The position numbers and the translations under genes are program-made. The notes under the pieces were generated by a model, which did no database searches, was not told the origin of the DNA, and saw only the letters and a program-made list of their open reading frames with translations. From NCBI GenBank assembly GCA_964490495.1, contig CAZBCV010000001.1:3057-44532 (forward strand): DNA of 41,476 bases. Reading direction: 5' to 3'. The stretch's first letter is position 1. The number at the start of each line of letters is the position of its first letter. This document shows positions 28,479 to 39,500 of the stretch, piece after piece. The DNA is from an uncultured Aureispira sp. (GTDB taxonomy: Bacteria > Bacteroidota > Bacteroidia > Chitinophagales > Saprospiraceae).

Positions 28479-29654
28479 ATGATATTTGATTTAACAGAAG
28501 AACAAATTGCAGTACAACAAGCTGCTAGAGACTTTACTCAAAATGAATTATTACCAGGAATCATTGAAAGAGATAGAGACATGATTTACCCTACTGACCA
28601 GGTAAAAAAAATGGGTGAAATGGGGTTTTTAGGCATGATGTCTTCACCAGAATATGGTGGTGGCGGAATGGATACATTGTCCTATGTATTGGCCATGGAA
28701 GAGATTTCTAAAGTGGACAGTTCTAGCTCTGTAATAATGTCAGTTAATAACTCCCTGGTATGTTGGGGTTTAGAGACTTATGGAACAGAAGAACAAAAAC
28801 AAAAATATTTACCCAAATTGACTTCAGGTGAGTGGATAGGTTCTTTTTGTCTTTCTGAACCTGAAGCCGGCTCAGATGCCACTTCTCAGAGGACTACCGC
28901 TATAGATATGGGAGACCATTATCTACTCAACGGCACCAAAAATTGGATTACAAATGGTGGTAAGTCGGCTCTTCATTTAGTCATAGCTCAAACAGATATT
29001 TCCAAAGGTCATAAAGGCATAAATGCACTTATTGTCGAAGCATCTTGGGCTGGCGTCAATATAGGTGCAAAAGAAGATAAATTAGGAATTAGAGCATCGG
29101 ACACACACACAATTATGTACACGGATGTAAAAGTTCCTAAAGAAAACAGAATTGGTGAAGATGGTTTTGGTTTTAAGTTTGCAATGAAAACACTATCGGG
29201 TGGCCGCATAGGAATAGCTGCACAAGCCTTGGGAATAGCCGCGGGAGCTTATGAATTGGCCGTCAAATATGCCAAAGAAAGAGAAGCGTTTGGCAAACCT
29301 ATTGCACAACATCAAGCCATTGCATTCAAATTAGCGGATATGGCCACCGATATTGAGGCAGCAAGATTGTTAGTTTACAGAGCAGCATGGATGAAAGATC
29401 AAAACATGGACTATTCATCTGCCGCGGCAATGGCTAAACTCTTTGCTTCGGAAACCGCAATGAAACACACTATTGAAGCCATCCAAGTTCATGGCGGATA
29501 TGGGTATGTAAGAGAATATCATGTAGAGAGATTGATGCGAGATGCAAAAATAACACAGATTTATGAGGGAACATCAGAAATGCAAAGAATTGTAATTTCG
29601 AGAAGGCTCTTACAAGATAGGTTGTACGAACCTATGTGGAAGGAGACCCTATGA
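28479..29654 (+). CDS. Acyl-CoA dehydrogenase (short/branched-chain, butyryl-CoA dehydrogenase-like)
   Basis: FCLSEPEAGSDA, WITNGG, and QIYEGTSEMQR with the catalytic Glu region. 391 aa. Confidence 0.9.
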   Translation: MIFDLTEEQIAVQQAARDFTQNELLPGIIERDRDMIYPTDQVKKMGEMGFLGMMSSPEYGGGGMDTLSYVLAMEEISKVDSSSSVIMSVNNSLVCWGLETYGTEEQKQKYLPKLTSGEWIGSFCLSEPEAGSDATSQRTTAIDMGDHYLLNGTKNWITNGGKSALHLVIAQTDISKGHKGINALIVEASWAGVNIGAKEDKLGIRASDTHTIMYTDVKVPKENRIGEDGFGFKFAMKTLSGGRIGIAAQALGIAAGAYELAVKYAKEREAFGKPIAQHQAIAFKLADMATDIEAARLLVYRAAWMKDQNMDYSSAAAMAKLFASETAMKHTIEAIQVHGGYGYVREYHVERLMRDAKITQIYEGTSEMQRIVISRRLLQDRLYEPMWKETL

Positions 29655-29756
29655 TTTTGAAAAGGAGTTAAAGTTTTAGCATTTTCCGTTAGACAAATTG
29701 TTGTTATTAATATGTAGTGTTTAGAAAATAGAGCTGAAATCAGTATATTTAATATT

Positions 29757-30836
29757 ATGGGTAAATCGTGGCAAGTAGGTGTTTTTTGGGGAATTCCAGT
29801 AAAAGTGCATTGGAGTTTTGGGCTTATTTTACTTTTTATAGCTTACACAATCGCTACTAACGATAATGAATTATGGCAATCCATAGCCTCTGGGTTGGTA
29901 ATTTTGGCTGTATTTATATGTGTAATTTTGCATGAATATGGCCATGCTCTCACAGGAAAAAAATTGGGCATTAAAACGCAAGACATTATCATTTCGCCCA
30001 TTGGTGGTGTTGCAAGGATGGAGAAAATGCCCACAAAACCCATTGATGAGTTCATTATTACAATAGCTGGCCCTTTGGTTAATTTAGTTATAGGCTTAAC
30101 AATCGGACTAGGTTTTTACGCATTTACAGGTCAGTTTTCCATGGATATAGAAAATTACAATTATGATGAACCTCTAGAATATTTACGTCTTTTAGTGCCT
30201 ATAAACTTGACATTATTTTTATTCAATTTGATTCCCGCCTTTCCCATGGATGGAGGAAGAATTTTGAGGTCTATATTGGCGTCGAGAATGGGATACACAA
30301 AAGCAACCAGAATTGCTTCTTATGTAGGGAAAATATTTGCTATAGGTTTCGTGGTTTACGGCATTTTTAATCATGCTCTTGTTTTGTCTCTTATCGGCCT
30401 ATTTATCTTTATGATGGCTGGTCAAGAATACAATCACACAAAACTAATGGAGGTCATCAATAAGGTTTCTGTGGGAGATATTATGCGTACTTCCTTTACT
30501 AAGCTGCATTTAAGTGATAATTACCATACTGTGATTGAAAAGTATCATCGCAATGGAGAAAGAAATTTTTTAGTTTTTGATTCTATGGGTAATTTATCTG
30601 GCACTATTCCAGAACTTTTCATTAAAGATATTTCTCGCACAAAAAACTTTGACACGACCGCACAACAACTTATGTCTTCTAAAATTGGGACAGCACTTCC
30701 TAATGAAAAAATTAAAAACATCATTAACGATATGCGACAAGATGGTTTATCTATAGTAGCTGTAGTTCAAGAAGGCGAAGTGATAGGTGTGATAGATAGA
30801 CACGGTATTGAAGACTATTTAAGAGTTAGTTCATAG
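29757..30836 (+). CDS. Site-2 protease (peptidase M50) family protein with tandem C-terminal CBS domains
   Basis: HEYGH zinc motif in a TM helix, NLIPAFPMDGG motif, and a C-terminal CBS-pair-like region (VGDIM..; SIVAVVQEGEVIGVIDRHGI). Confidence 0.85.
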   Translation: MGKSWQVGVFWGIPVKVHWSFGLILLFIAYTIATNDNELWQSIASGLVILAVFICVILHEYGHALTGKKLGIKTQDIIISPIGGVARMEKMPTKPIDEFIITIAGPLVNLVIGLTIGLGFYAFTGQFSMDIENYNYDEPLEYLRLLVPINLTLFLFNLIPAFPMDGGRILRSILASRMGYTKATRIASYVGKIFAIGFVVYGIFNHALVLSLIGLFIFMMAGQEYNHTKLMEVINKVSVGDIMRTSFTKLHLSDNYHTVIEKYHRNGERNFLVFDSMGNLSGTIPELFIKDISRTKNFDTTAQQLMSSKIGTALPNEKIKNIINDMRQDGLSIVAVVQEGEVIGVIDRHGIEDYLRVSS

Positions 30837-31108
30837 TCTGCCATTAAAAATAATAAGGTCTTTATATCAGTTTTTTTACCATCTCTCTATTTAGAACACT
30901 TATTTTCTTGGTTTTGTTATTGAGAAGAAAAAGCAATAATTAAAACGATTCCTACCCTATCTTGACTAATTTAATGTTGAAAAAATAATTACCATATTGG
31001 GAGAATTTTAAATTATTTTGAACCCAATAAAATTGTTAATATTAGGAAGACAAATATTAAAATAATAATAATATGCTCAATTAATGTTAATATAAACCTA
31101 AAATTTTT

Positions 31109-31116
31109 TACTTTTG
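31109..31116 (+). promoter_or_regulatory. Bacteroidota-type -7 promoter box (TACTTTTG)
   Basis: Exact TAnnTTTG match 77 nt upstream of the ATG at 31193. Confidence 0.45.
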
Positions 31117-31192
31117 CCTTTTCAAAACAATACCATAATGTATAAAGGCATTATTGTAAAGGTTTAAACTAAAATCTAATCAAATTTTAATC

Positions 31193-34100
31193 ATGCATTC
31201 ACTTAAAAAAGTAGCCAATATAACTGGCTTATTGATTTTTTTAATAACAATCACAGTTTTTTATCATTCAGTAGAACGAACAGGTAGTTTATGGGACTGT
31301 GGAGAATTCATTTTAGGAGCCTATAAACTTCAAGTAGTCCACCCACCAGGAGCAGGATTATTTCTTTTAATTGGTCGTTTGTTTGCATGGTTAGCCACAG
31401 TATTTTCCGACGATCCGTCAGATATTGCTTTTGCCATTAATTTAATGTCGGGCATATGTACCTCTGTAGCAGCAGTTATGATTGGATGGATTACTATAAT
31501 GTTTGGAAAGATGGCATTGGTAGGAAGAGAAGAAACAACAAATTCAACACAAAACATAGCTTTGGGCTTTGCGGGATTAATAGCAGGATTGGCCACGGCC
31601 TTCAGTACTTCTATATGGTTTTCAGCTGTTGAAGGAGAGGTATATGCTATGTCCACAATGTTTACGGCCATTACATTATGGGCCGGTACAAAATATTATT
31701 TTATAGATGAAGAAACCGAGGCTTACAGATGGTTAGTCCTAGCGCTTTTTGTGAGTGGTATGTCTGTCGGTGTACACTTGTTGAGTATTCTTTCACTGCC
31801 TGCTATTGCAATGATGGTATATTTCAAAAAATATAAAGAACACAATCTCAAAGGTTTTATTTTAGCGGTTATTGCTGGAGTTTTTGCCATAGTTTTTGTG
31901 ATGAAAATAGTGATCGTAGGAATTCCAACTTTATGGAAAAACATGGAACTATTCTGTGTCAACTCGTTAGGTATGCCTATACATTCTGGCCTCATACCCA
32001 CGATAGCTATTGTTGGGGGTTTGTCTTATTTAGTTCTTAAATATGCCAACAAAAGACAAAGTCAAATGATGCAAGTTTTGGCAGTTTCTGCTATTCTTAT
32101 TACTATTGCTTTCTCCACAGTAGGGGTGGTGGTTATCAGGGCAGCGGCAGATACTCCAATAAATATGAACGTACCAGATGACGCTCTTCGTCTTCTTCCT
32201 TACTTGAACAGAGAGCAATATGGTGAAAGGCCATTGCTGAAAGGTCCACATTATGAGGCGGAGCCTGTAAATGTGAAGCGTAAAGATAGATATGGTAGAG
32301 TAGGAGATAAATATGAAATAGTAGATGAAAAATATGATTATGTCTATAAAGATTCGGATAAAATAGCATTCCCGCGTATTGGACACACAGAGATGAGTCG
32401 TCCCGAATTACATAGAATGTGGCGCGAAGCCCTAAATGGCGAAAGTAGCGGTAAGCCAGGAATGGGTTACAATCTGCAATTTTTATGGCATTACCAAATC
32501 AATTGGATGTATGCAAGATATTTCATGTGGAATTTTGTAGGGCGCCAATCTTTCGAGCAAGGCTATTATCCATGGGATATTTCTAAAGGAAATTGGATGT
32601 CTGGTATCACTCCTTTTGATGAGGCCAAACTATACAAAATGGATAATTTGCCAGATACTATAAAAAATGATGAATCCACCAATAGGTACTATTTCTTACC
32701 CCTAATTTTTGGTCTTTTAGGTGTTTTGTTTCATTTCAGAAAACGACCCAAAGATTTTTATACCTTATTAGTTCTTTTTGTTATTACAGGTATTGGTATT
32801 ATCATATACTCCAATCAACCGCCCAATGAGCCACGAGAAAGAGATTATGTACTTGTAGGTTCTTTTATGACTTTTTGTATTTGGATTGGTCTTGGTTCCT
32901 TGGCAATATTCGATTTGCTTTCTAAAAAGATTCCTCAATTACCGTCTGCATTGTTGGCAGGACTTGTAGTGTTATCAGCACCAGTGATTATGGGTTTTGA
33001 AAACTTTGATGACCACAGTAGAAAACACCATTCAGGCTCAAGGGACTATGCTTCTAATTTTTTGAATAGCGTAGAACCCAATTCTATAATATTTACTTAC
33101 GGAGATAACGATACTTATCCTTTATGGTATGCTCAAGAAGTAGAAAATATTAGACGAGATGTGAGGGTAGTCAATTTGAGTTTGATAGCTGTAGATTGGT
33201 ACATTAATAAGCTAAGAAATAAAGTCAATGACTCGGAACCTATAAAATTGACTCTGACAGAGGCGGAGTATAGGGGTAAAAACCGCAATCAAATTTACTT
33301 TGCCAATCCTCGACAAGAAGATATGTCTGCGCCGCTTAATGTATTTGAAGCACTGCGTATGTTAAAAGATCCAAAATTTGAATATGATGGACAAAGATTT
33401 TTAACAAGTAGAAACTTATATCTTCCTGTGGATAGAAACAAGTATAATGCCTTGGGAGTACAACCCAATATAGACTCAACAGAATGGGCCGACAATGTTG
33501 TATTTAAGTTTCCACAATCATCTAATTACTTTTTGAAAGATGACCTTGCGGTGCTAGACCTTATCGCGTCTAATTTTTATGACAGACCTATATACTTTGC
33601 AGTGACATGCCAACCCAATAAATTGTTAGGCTTGAATGATTATTTGGAGGCTGAAGGTCTTGGTCTTAGAGTTTCGCCAACTAAAGTTAGACAAAGGTCT
33701 CCGTTGCCGAGTATATATGGATTTGGGGATGTGGATGAAGAAAAGGTCTATAATAATGTAATGACTAAATGGAAATGGGGTAACTTTGACCAAAAGAAGT
33801 TGTATGTAGATAAAAGTTATTTAGCTGCTGTTCAAGCCATGAAACTCATGATATTAAGAGCCGCCTTGGAGTTTTCGCGCAAAGAAAATCATGAAAAAGC
33901 GACTAATTTGGTCAATAAATATTTTGAAGCGTTTCCGCATATGAACTTCCCTTATGACTATACTGTGATGTCATTTGTGAATGTATTAATAGAAGCTAAA
34001 GATTTCGAATCGGCAAAAAAACATATTAGAATACTAGCAGAAGAAACAAAACAATATGTAGATTTTTATGATTCACAGACAAGCAGTAAGGTTTTAGAAA

Positions 34101-34246
34101 GTTTTGAACAAGATTTGCAAAGTAGGATTTCTACCGCAAAAGAAGTGGTGGAAGCTTCAAAAAGACTGGAAGACCCTGCATTTGAACAAGAAATGAGTTC
34201 TTTAATGAAAGGAATTTTACCGGATAAAATTGAAAACAAGGAATAG
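31193..34246 (+). CDS. DUF2723-domain polytopic membrane protein (glycosyltransferase-C-fold-like, TMEM260-related)
   Basis: N-terminal ERTGSLWDCGEFILGAYKLQVVHPPGAGLF is the DUF2723 signature as I recall it. More than 10 TM helices are followed by a soluble helical C-terminus. 1017 aa. Confidence 0.8.
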   Translation: MHSLKKVANITGLLIFLITITVFYHSVERTGSLWDCGEFILGAYKLQVVHPPGAGLFLLIGRLFAWLATVFSDDPSDIAFAINLMSGICTSVAAVMIGWITIMFGKMALVGREETTNSTQNIALGFAGLIAGLATAFSTSIWFSAVEGEVYAMSTMFTAITLWAGTKYYFIDEETEAYRWLVLALFVSGMSVGVHLLSILSLPAIAMMVYFKKYKEHNLKGFILAVIAGVFAIVFVMKIVIVGIPTLWKNMELFCVNSLGMPIHSGLIPTIAIVGGLSYLVLKYANKRQSQMMQVLAVSAILITIAFSTVGVVVIRAAADTPINMNVPDDALRLLPYLNREQYGERPLLKGPHYEAEPVNVKRKDRYGRVGDKYEIVDEKYDYVYKDSDKIAFPRIGHTEMSRPELHRMWREALNGESSGKPGMGYNLQFLWHYQINWMYARYFMWNFVGRQSFEQGYYPWDISKGNWMSGITPFDEAKLYKMDNLPDTIKNDESTNRYYFLPLIFGLLGVLFHFRKRPKDFYTLLVLFVITGIGIIIYSNQPPNEPRERDYVLVGSFMTFCIWIGLGSLAIFDLLSKKIPQLPSALLAGLVVLSAPVIMGFENFDDHSRKHHSGSRDYASNFLNSVEPNSIIFTYGDNDTYPLWYAQEVENIRRDVRVVNLSLIAVDWYINKLRNKVNDSEPIKLTLTEAEYRGKNRNQIYFANPRQEDMSAPLNVFEALRMLKDPKFEYDGQRFLTSRNLYLPVDRNKYNALGVQPNIDSTEWADNVVFKFPQSSNYFLKDDLAVLDLIASNFYDRPIYFAVTCQPNKLLGLNDYLEAEGLGLRVSPTKVRQRSPLPSIYGFGDVDEEKVYNNVMTKWKWGNFDQKKLYVDKSYLAAVQAMKLMILRAALEFSRKENHEKATNLVNKYFEAFPHMNFPYDYTVMSFVNVLIEAKDFESAKKHIRILAEETKQYVDFYDSQTSSKVLESFEQDLQSRISTAKEVVEASKRLEDPAFEQEMSSLMKGILPDKIENKE

Positions 34247-34247
34247 T

Positions 34248-34679
34248 ATGGATATCTCAATAGGCTCAGATCATGCAGGATTCGAATATAAGAGTCATAT
34301 TATAAATAAATTGGAAAAATGGGGTCATAATGTCAAAGATTTCGGCCCATTTTCTTCCGACTCTGTTGATTATCCTGACTTTGCTCATCCAGTAGCTCTT
34401 TCTGTTAAAGCGGGAGAATCTAAATTGGGCATTTTGATTTGTGGAAGCGGTAATGGCGTGTGTATGTCCGCCAACAAACACGAATCGATCAGAGCAGCAC
34501 TGTGCTGGAATAAAGAATTGGCGCAATTGGCAAGACAGCACAATGACGCTAACATATTGTGCATTCCTGCAAGATTTATTGGTAAAAGGACAGCAGCAGA
34601 AATCGTTAAGCTTTTTCTCACAACAGATTTTGAAGGAGGGCGACACGCCAACAGAGTTAAAAAAATTAGTTGCCTTTAA
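34248..34679 (+). CDS. rpiB: Ribose-5-phosphate isomerase B
   Basis: MDISIGSDHAGFEYK.., ILICGSGNGVCMSANK, and ARFIG. The start is ATG 34248, 1 nt after the upstream TAG. Confidence 0.9.
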   Translation: MDISIGSDHAGFEYKSHIINKLEKWGHNVKDFGPFSSDSVDYPDFAHPVALSVKAGESKLGILICGSGNGVCMSANKHESIRAALCWNKELAQLARQHNDANILCIPARFIGKRTAAEIVKLFLTTDFEGGRHANRVKKISCL

Positions 34680-34720
34680 CTCATATTGTATAAATTTAAT
34701 TTTTTAAATACTTTAAGTCC

Positions 34721-36343
34721 ATGTTAAATAGATTTTTCATAATAATTTTAATATTTTCTTCTTTCCAATTTGCCAATGCTCAGTTTGAGGGTGGCGTTTT
34801 TAAGCCTAACACAAAAAATGCTGATTATAATGCTGAGAATGATTTAAATTATAGATATAGCGCAGGTATTTCTGCATCAAATTTAAGAACACACCTCAGC
34901 ATAATTGCTTCAGATTCTTTAGAAGGTAGAGACGTGGGTACAGTAGGTATCCAAAAAGCAGAAGATTATATTCTCAAAAGGATATCCAATTTAGGGTTAA
35001 ATTCATTTTCCTATAATAATTTTTTACAAAATGTAGCCTTCACGACACAAAGGTGGATAGACACAGATGTGTATGTGGACGGTGAGTGGTTTAAGCATTT
35101 TAATGACTATTTAGCTTTTCCTGACAAAAACGATAATAAAGAGCTTATAAGAGATAAGGAAGTTATATTTGTTGGTTATGGTATTGAAGATACTAAATAC
35201 AATGATTATAAAAAGGCTAACATAGAAAATAAGATTGTTATAATTTTGGAGGGAGAACCTAAAGACAAAAAAGGAAATTATATTGTGTCCGGAACAACTG
35301 AACCTTCTATTTGGTCCAAAGATATAGACAAAAAATTGTTTTTAGCTAAAGCAAAAGGAGCGCAATTAGTTCTTGTTGTTTCTGAAAACTTTGAAGAATT
35401 TGTGAAACAAAATAGGAACCAATTTTTTAGGGGACATACCACACAAGGAGATGTATCAAAGTCAAAATCTATCTATCCCAACCACATTTATATTTCCTCA
35501 AAGCTTTATAAAGCGTTGCTCAATAAAAATAGAAAACAAGAATCAAAAGTAGAAAAAGCTTTAGCTAAAGGTAAAACGATAAATGCTATTTTTCCATGTG
35601 ATTTTATAGTAAATCTAGCGCGAGAGGATAAAGTTATCTCAGGAAACAATGTTATCGGATATGTTCAAGGAAAAACTAAACCAGAAGAGTTTATAGTAGT
35701 TTCAGCTCATTTTGACCATGTAGGCCGTAAAGGAGACGAAATTTTTAACGGTGCTGACGATAATGGATCGGGCACAGTAGCACTTTTTGAATTGGCCCGA
35801 GCTTTTCAACAATCCGTACTTGAAGCTAATAGACCAGAAAGAAGTGTTGTTTTCATATGGTTAACAGCTGAAGAAAAGGGACTTTTAGGCTCAAAATATT
35901 ATGTGGACAATCCATTGTTTCCACTTGAAAATGCAGTGGCAAATATCAACATAGATATGATAGGTCGGAGAGCTGATAGTTATGAAAGCACAAACGAAGA
36001 TTATCTTTTTGTCATAGGTTCTGATAGATTGAGTAAAGGCCTACATAATTCCATTATCAATATGAACGAAAAGTATGGTCTATTGACTTTGGATTTGAAA
36101 TATAATGATGCCAAAGACCCCAACATGTATTATTTTAGGTCAGATCATTATAACTTTGCCAAGAAAGGTATTCCGTCAGTATTTTATTTTAATGGAACAC
36201 ATGCAGATTATCATAAAGGGACCGATACTGTCGATAAGATAGATTTTGATCTTATGGCCAAAAGAACAAAACATATCTTTAATGTTCTTTGGGATTTGGC
36301 GAACAGGGAAGACAGGATAACTGTAGATGTCGAGCAAGAATAA
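34721..36343 (+). CDS. M28-family aminopeptidase with a PA-like insert, secreted
   Basis: Signal peptide, then NVIGYV.G....EFIVVSAHFDHVG, GADDNGSGTVALFELARAF, and TAEEKGLLGSKYY, which are the M28 zinc ligands. Confidence 0.85.
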   Translation: MLNRFFIIILIFSSFQFANAQFEGGVFKPNTKNADYNAENDLNYRYSAGISASNLRTHLSIIASDSLEGRDVGTVGIQKAEDYILKRISNLGLNSFSYNNFLQNVAFTTQRWIDTDVYVDGEWFKHFNDYLAFPDKNDNKELIRDKEVIFVGYGIEDTKYNDYKKANIENKIVIILEGEPKDKKGNYIVSGTTEPSIWSKDIDKKLFLAKAKGAQLVLVVSENFEEFVKQNRNQFFRGHTTQGDVSKSKSIYPNHIYISSKLYKALLNKNRKQESKVEKALAKGKTINAIFPCDFIVNLAREDKVISGNNVIGYVQGKTKPEEFIVVSAHFDHVGRKGDEIFNGADDNGSGTVALFELARAFQQSVLEANRPERSVVFIWLTAEEKGLLGSKYYVDNPLFPLENAVANINIDMIGRRADSYESTNEDYLFVIGSDRLSKGLHNSIINMNEKYGLLTLDLKYNDAKDPNMYYFRSDHYNFAKKGIPSVFYFNGTHADYHKGTDTVDKIDFDLMAKRTKHIFNVLWDLANREDRITVDVEQE

Positions 36344-36510
36344 TTCGAGTTTAAAATATTTGGAAGGGATTAAAAATCAAAGTCGTTGAATTATTACTGA
36401 TTTATGAAATCTTTATCCTAATAAAGAAAAATTGGGATAGTATAAACACTAAAATAAATTCTTTGACTAAACGATATAGGATTAAAAAGCTCTTCTTTTT
36501 AGGTAATATA

Positions 36511-36518
36511 TATTTTTG
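36511..36518 (+). promoter_or_regulatory. Bacteroidota-type -7 promoter box (TATTTTTG) only 5 nt from the ATG
   Basis: Exact TAnnTTTG match ending 5 nt before ATG 36523. If functional, it implies a leaderless or near-leaderless mRNA. Confidence 0.3.
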
Positions 36519-36522
36519 AACA

Positions 36523-39500
36523 ATGTATTTTCGACAATTTATAGTATTTTTGTTTCTACTGTTATTTTTTTTGGAGGTTAAAGCTCAAAAGAAACCAGAC
36601 TTTTTAGTGGATTATAACAATTCTTGGGTAGATTCTGTGTTTAATACACTGACCTTAGATCAAAAAGTAGGCCAATTACTCATGCCAAGAGGCAACTATT
36701 CTGGAAGACCGCACGATATAGAAAAACTTAAATCTTGGGTCAAAGACTATAAAATCGGGGGTATTGTTTTTTTTGCTTCACAACCCACTATTCAAGCGCA
36801 AATAACCAATGAACTACAGGCATTAAGTTCAGTTCCACTTCTTATTGGTCAAGACTTTGAATGGGGGTTAGGTATGAGGCTGGACAGTACGGACAGATTT
36901 CCTTATGGAGTATCCTTAGGGGCCATACAAGGCCAAGAGCATTTATTAGAAGCTATGGGTGCTGAAATAGGGCGACAATGTCGAAGAATTGGTGTACATG
37001 TCAACTATGCTCCAGTTGTAGATGTCAATAATAACCCTGATAATCCTGTGATTAACTTTAGGTCTTTTGGCTCAGATAAGCTCGCTGTAACTCAAAAAAG
37101 TTTGGCCTATATGCGGGGCATGCAAAAGCAAAACATATTGTGTACAGCCAAACACTTTCCTGGTCATGGTGATACTGATACAGACTCGCATTATGATCTT
37201 CCGGTGATAAAACACGATCGCCAAAGGTTGGAGGATGTAGAATTATATCCATTTAAAAATCTTATTGATGAAGGGCTTTCTGGTATTATGTCAGCACACT
37301 TAAATATACCGGCACTCGAACCTAAGCAAGGACTAGCTTCTACTTTTTCTACCCAAATACTCTATAAACTGCTCAGAGAAGAAATGGGTTTTGAGGGCCT
37401 ATTGTTTACAGATGCAATGGAAATGAAAGGGGCAATAAAAAACTTTCCAAAAGGCGAGTCTATGGTTAGGGCTTTATTGGCCGGAAATGATATTCTTGAA
37501 ACGTTTATGGATGTACCCGAAGCCGTAGAAGCTATAAAGAAGGCCATTTTGAAGGGTGTGTTGCCTATGAAAATCATAGATTTTAAAGTAAAAAAGATAC
37601 TAAAAGCAAAATCCTGGGTAGGTTTAGGCCATTATAAACCCATAGACCTCAAAAATTTAGTAAAAGATTTAAATACTATCGAATCAGATGTGATTAATCG
37701 CCAGTTGACAGAAGCTTCAGTGACATGTTTAAAAAATGATTTAGGGCATTTGCCAATTAAAGATTTGACACAAAATATAGCTGTCTTAACTATTGATGCA
37801 GAAAACCCACAAACTTTGGTTTCTATGGTCCAAAACTACACTAAAGTGGATGTTTTCCATATTCATCCAAATATCTCTCAAGAAGAAACCACAAAAATGC
37901 TTCAGCAATTAGAGAACTATGATTTGGTTGTTACTTCTATCCATTGGTCAAAACCGCGCGCTTCCTCCAATTATGGAATAACACCAGAAAACAAGGCCGT
38001 CATTTCACAATTAATCAACAGAGACAACATCGTTTTTGTATTATTAGGCAATCCATACGCATTACACAAGATGGCTGAATTACAAAATGCAAAAACCTTA
38101 GTAGTCACCTATCAATGTAATACATATACTGAGTCCATTGTGCCGCAGATACTATTGGGCGCCTTGCCTTCACGAGGGGCATTTCCTATACATCTTAATG
38201 AAGAATTTTGTATTGGAAAAAGCCATTCATGGGAGGCTATCGGTCGTTTGTCTTATGGTGTACCCGAACAAGTAGGTATGGATCGTACACGATTATTGAA
38301 GGGCATGGACTCTATTATAAATGTTGGATTGAACAAAAGAGCCTATCCAGGTGGTGTATTGCAAATTGCAAAAGATGGAAAAGTCGTTTTTCAAAAAGGA
38401 TTTGGTTTTCATACTTATGATGTGCAATATATGGACATCGTAACGGAAAATCCAGAGAAAAAATATAGGTTCATTGACGATGCAATGGACAATCCTTTGA
38501 AGATAACCAATACTTTTTCATTAATCACTCCAAACCCCATACCGGGTAAAGTTTATACAGACCATATTTATGATTTGGCATCTTTAACTAAGGTATTGGC
38601 AGCGACTTTTGTAGGATTAAAATGGATCGATGAAGGACATATGACTTTGGGAAGCAAGTTGTCTGATTTTATTCCCGAGTGGAAGGATTCAAACAAAGAA
38701 AATATTATTTTTTTGGATGCAGTCACACACCGCTCAGGCCTTAAAGCGTGGATACCTTTTTGGAAAAATGCCATAGATACAACCACTACTTTAAAGAAAG
38801 CATTAGAACTCACTCCTTCATTAAAAAACGAAATGCTTTACAATATCAGTAAACCCAATTTTTTTAGGAGATTATTCGGTGCAAAACCACAATCTGTTTT
38901 GGACATGCCTCGCACTTTGAGTGAAAAACGGGGACTTTGGGAAAAAATTTTAACCCCGCAAACTATAGCATGGAAACCCAATACTTTCAGTCATAATAAA
39001 ACGGAAAACTTTAATGTCAATGTGGCTAAAAACTTGTGGATTCATAAAGACTATATGGATAGTATTTACTACCAAATAAAGGCTTCGTCCATGACCGCCA
39101 GAGGACAATATGTATATAGTGATTTGCATTATTATTTGTATCCAAAATTGTCACAAAAACTTGTAGGAAAACCATTGGACCAATATTTATATGATTTGTA
39201 TTCAAAAATTGGGGCAAATTCCTTGAGATTCAATCCCCATATGGATGGAGACACTACAAAAATAGTTCCTACGGAGTATGATAGTTTGTTTAGAAATCAG
39301 CTATTGCATGGGTATGTCCATGATGAAGGAGCATCTATGTTAGGTGGAGTTTCTGGTCATGCAGGCTTGTTTGGTAATGCCAATGATGTAATGAAAATAA
39401 TGCAAATGTACCTTCAAAAGGGTTATTATGGAGGAGAGCAATATATTTCATCAAAGCTGATAGAAAAAGCCACACAATATCAATTTCCTAATGAAAAAAA

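Noticed and set aside
31330-32386. Several minus-strand ORFs (77-118 aa) inside the DUF2723 gene, and similar ones inside ahcY, aspS, nadB, rpiB and the GH3 gene.
   Set aside because: All are antisense or out of frame within long ORFs that have clear family signatures, so they are treated as spurious.
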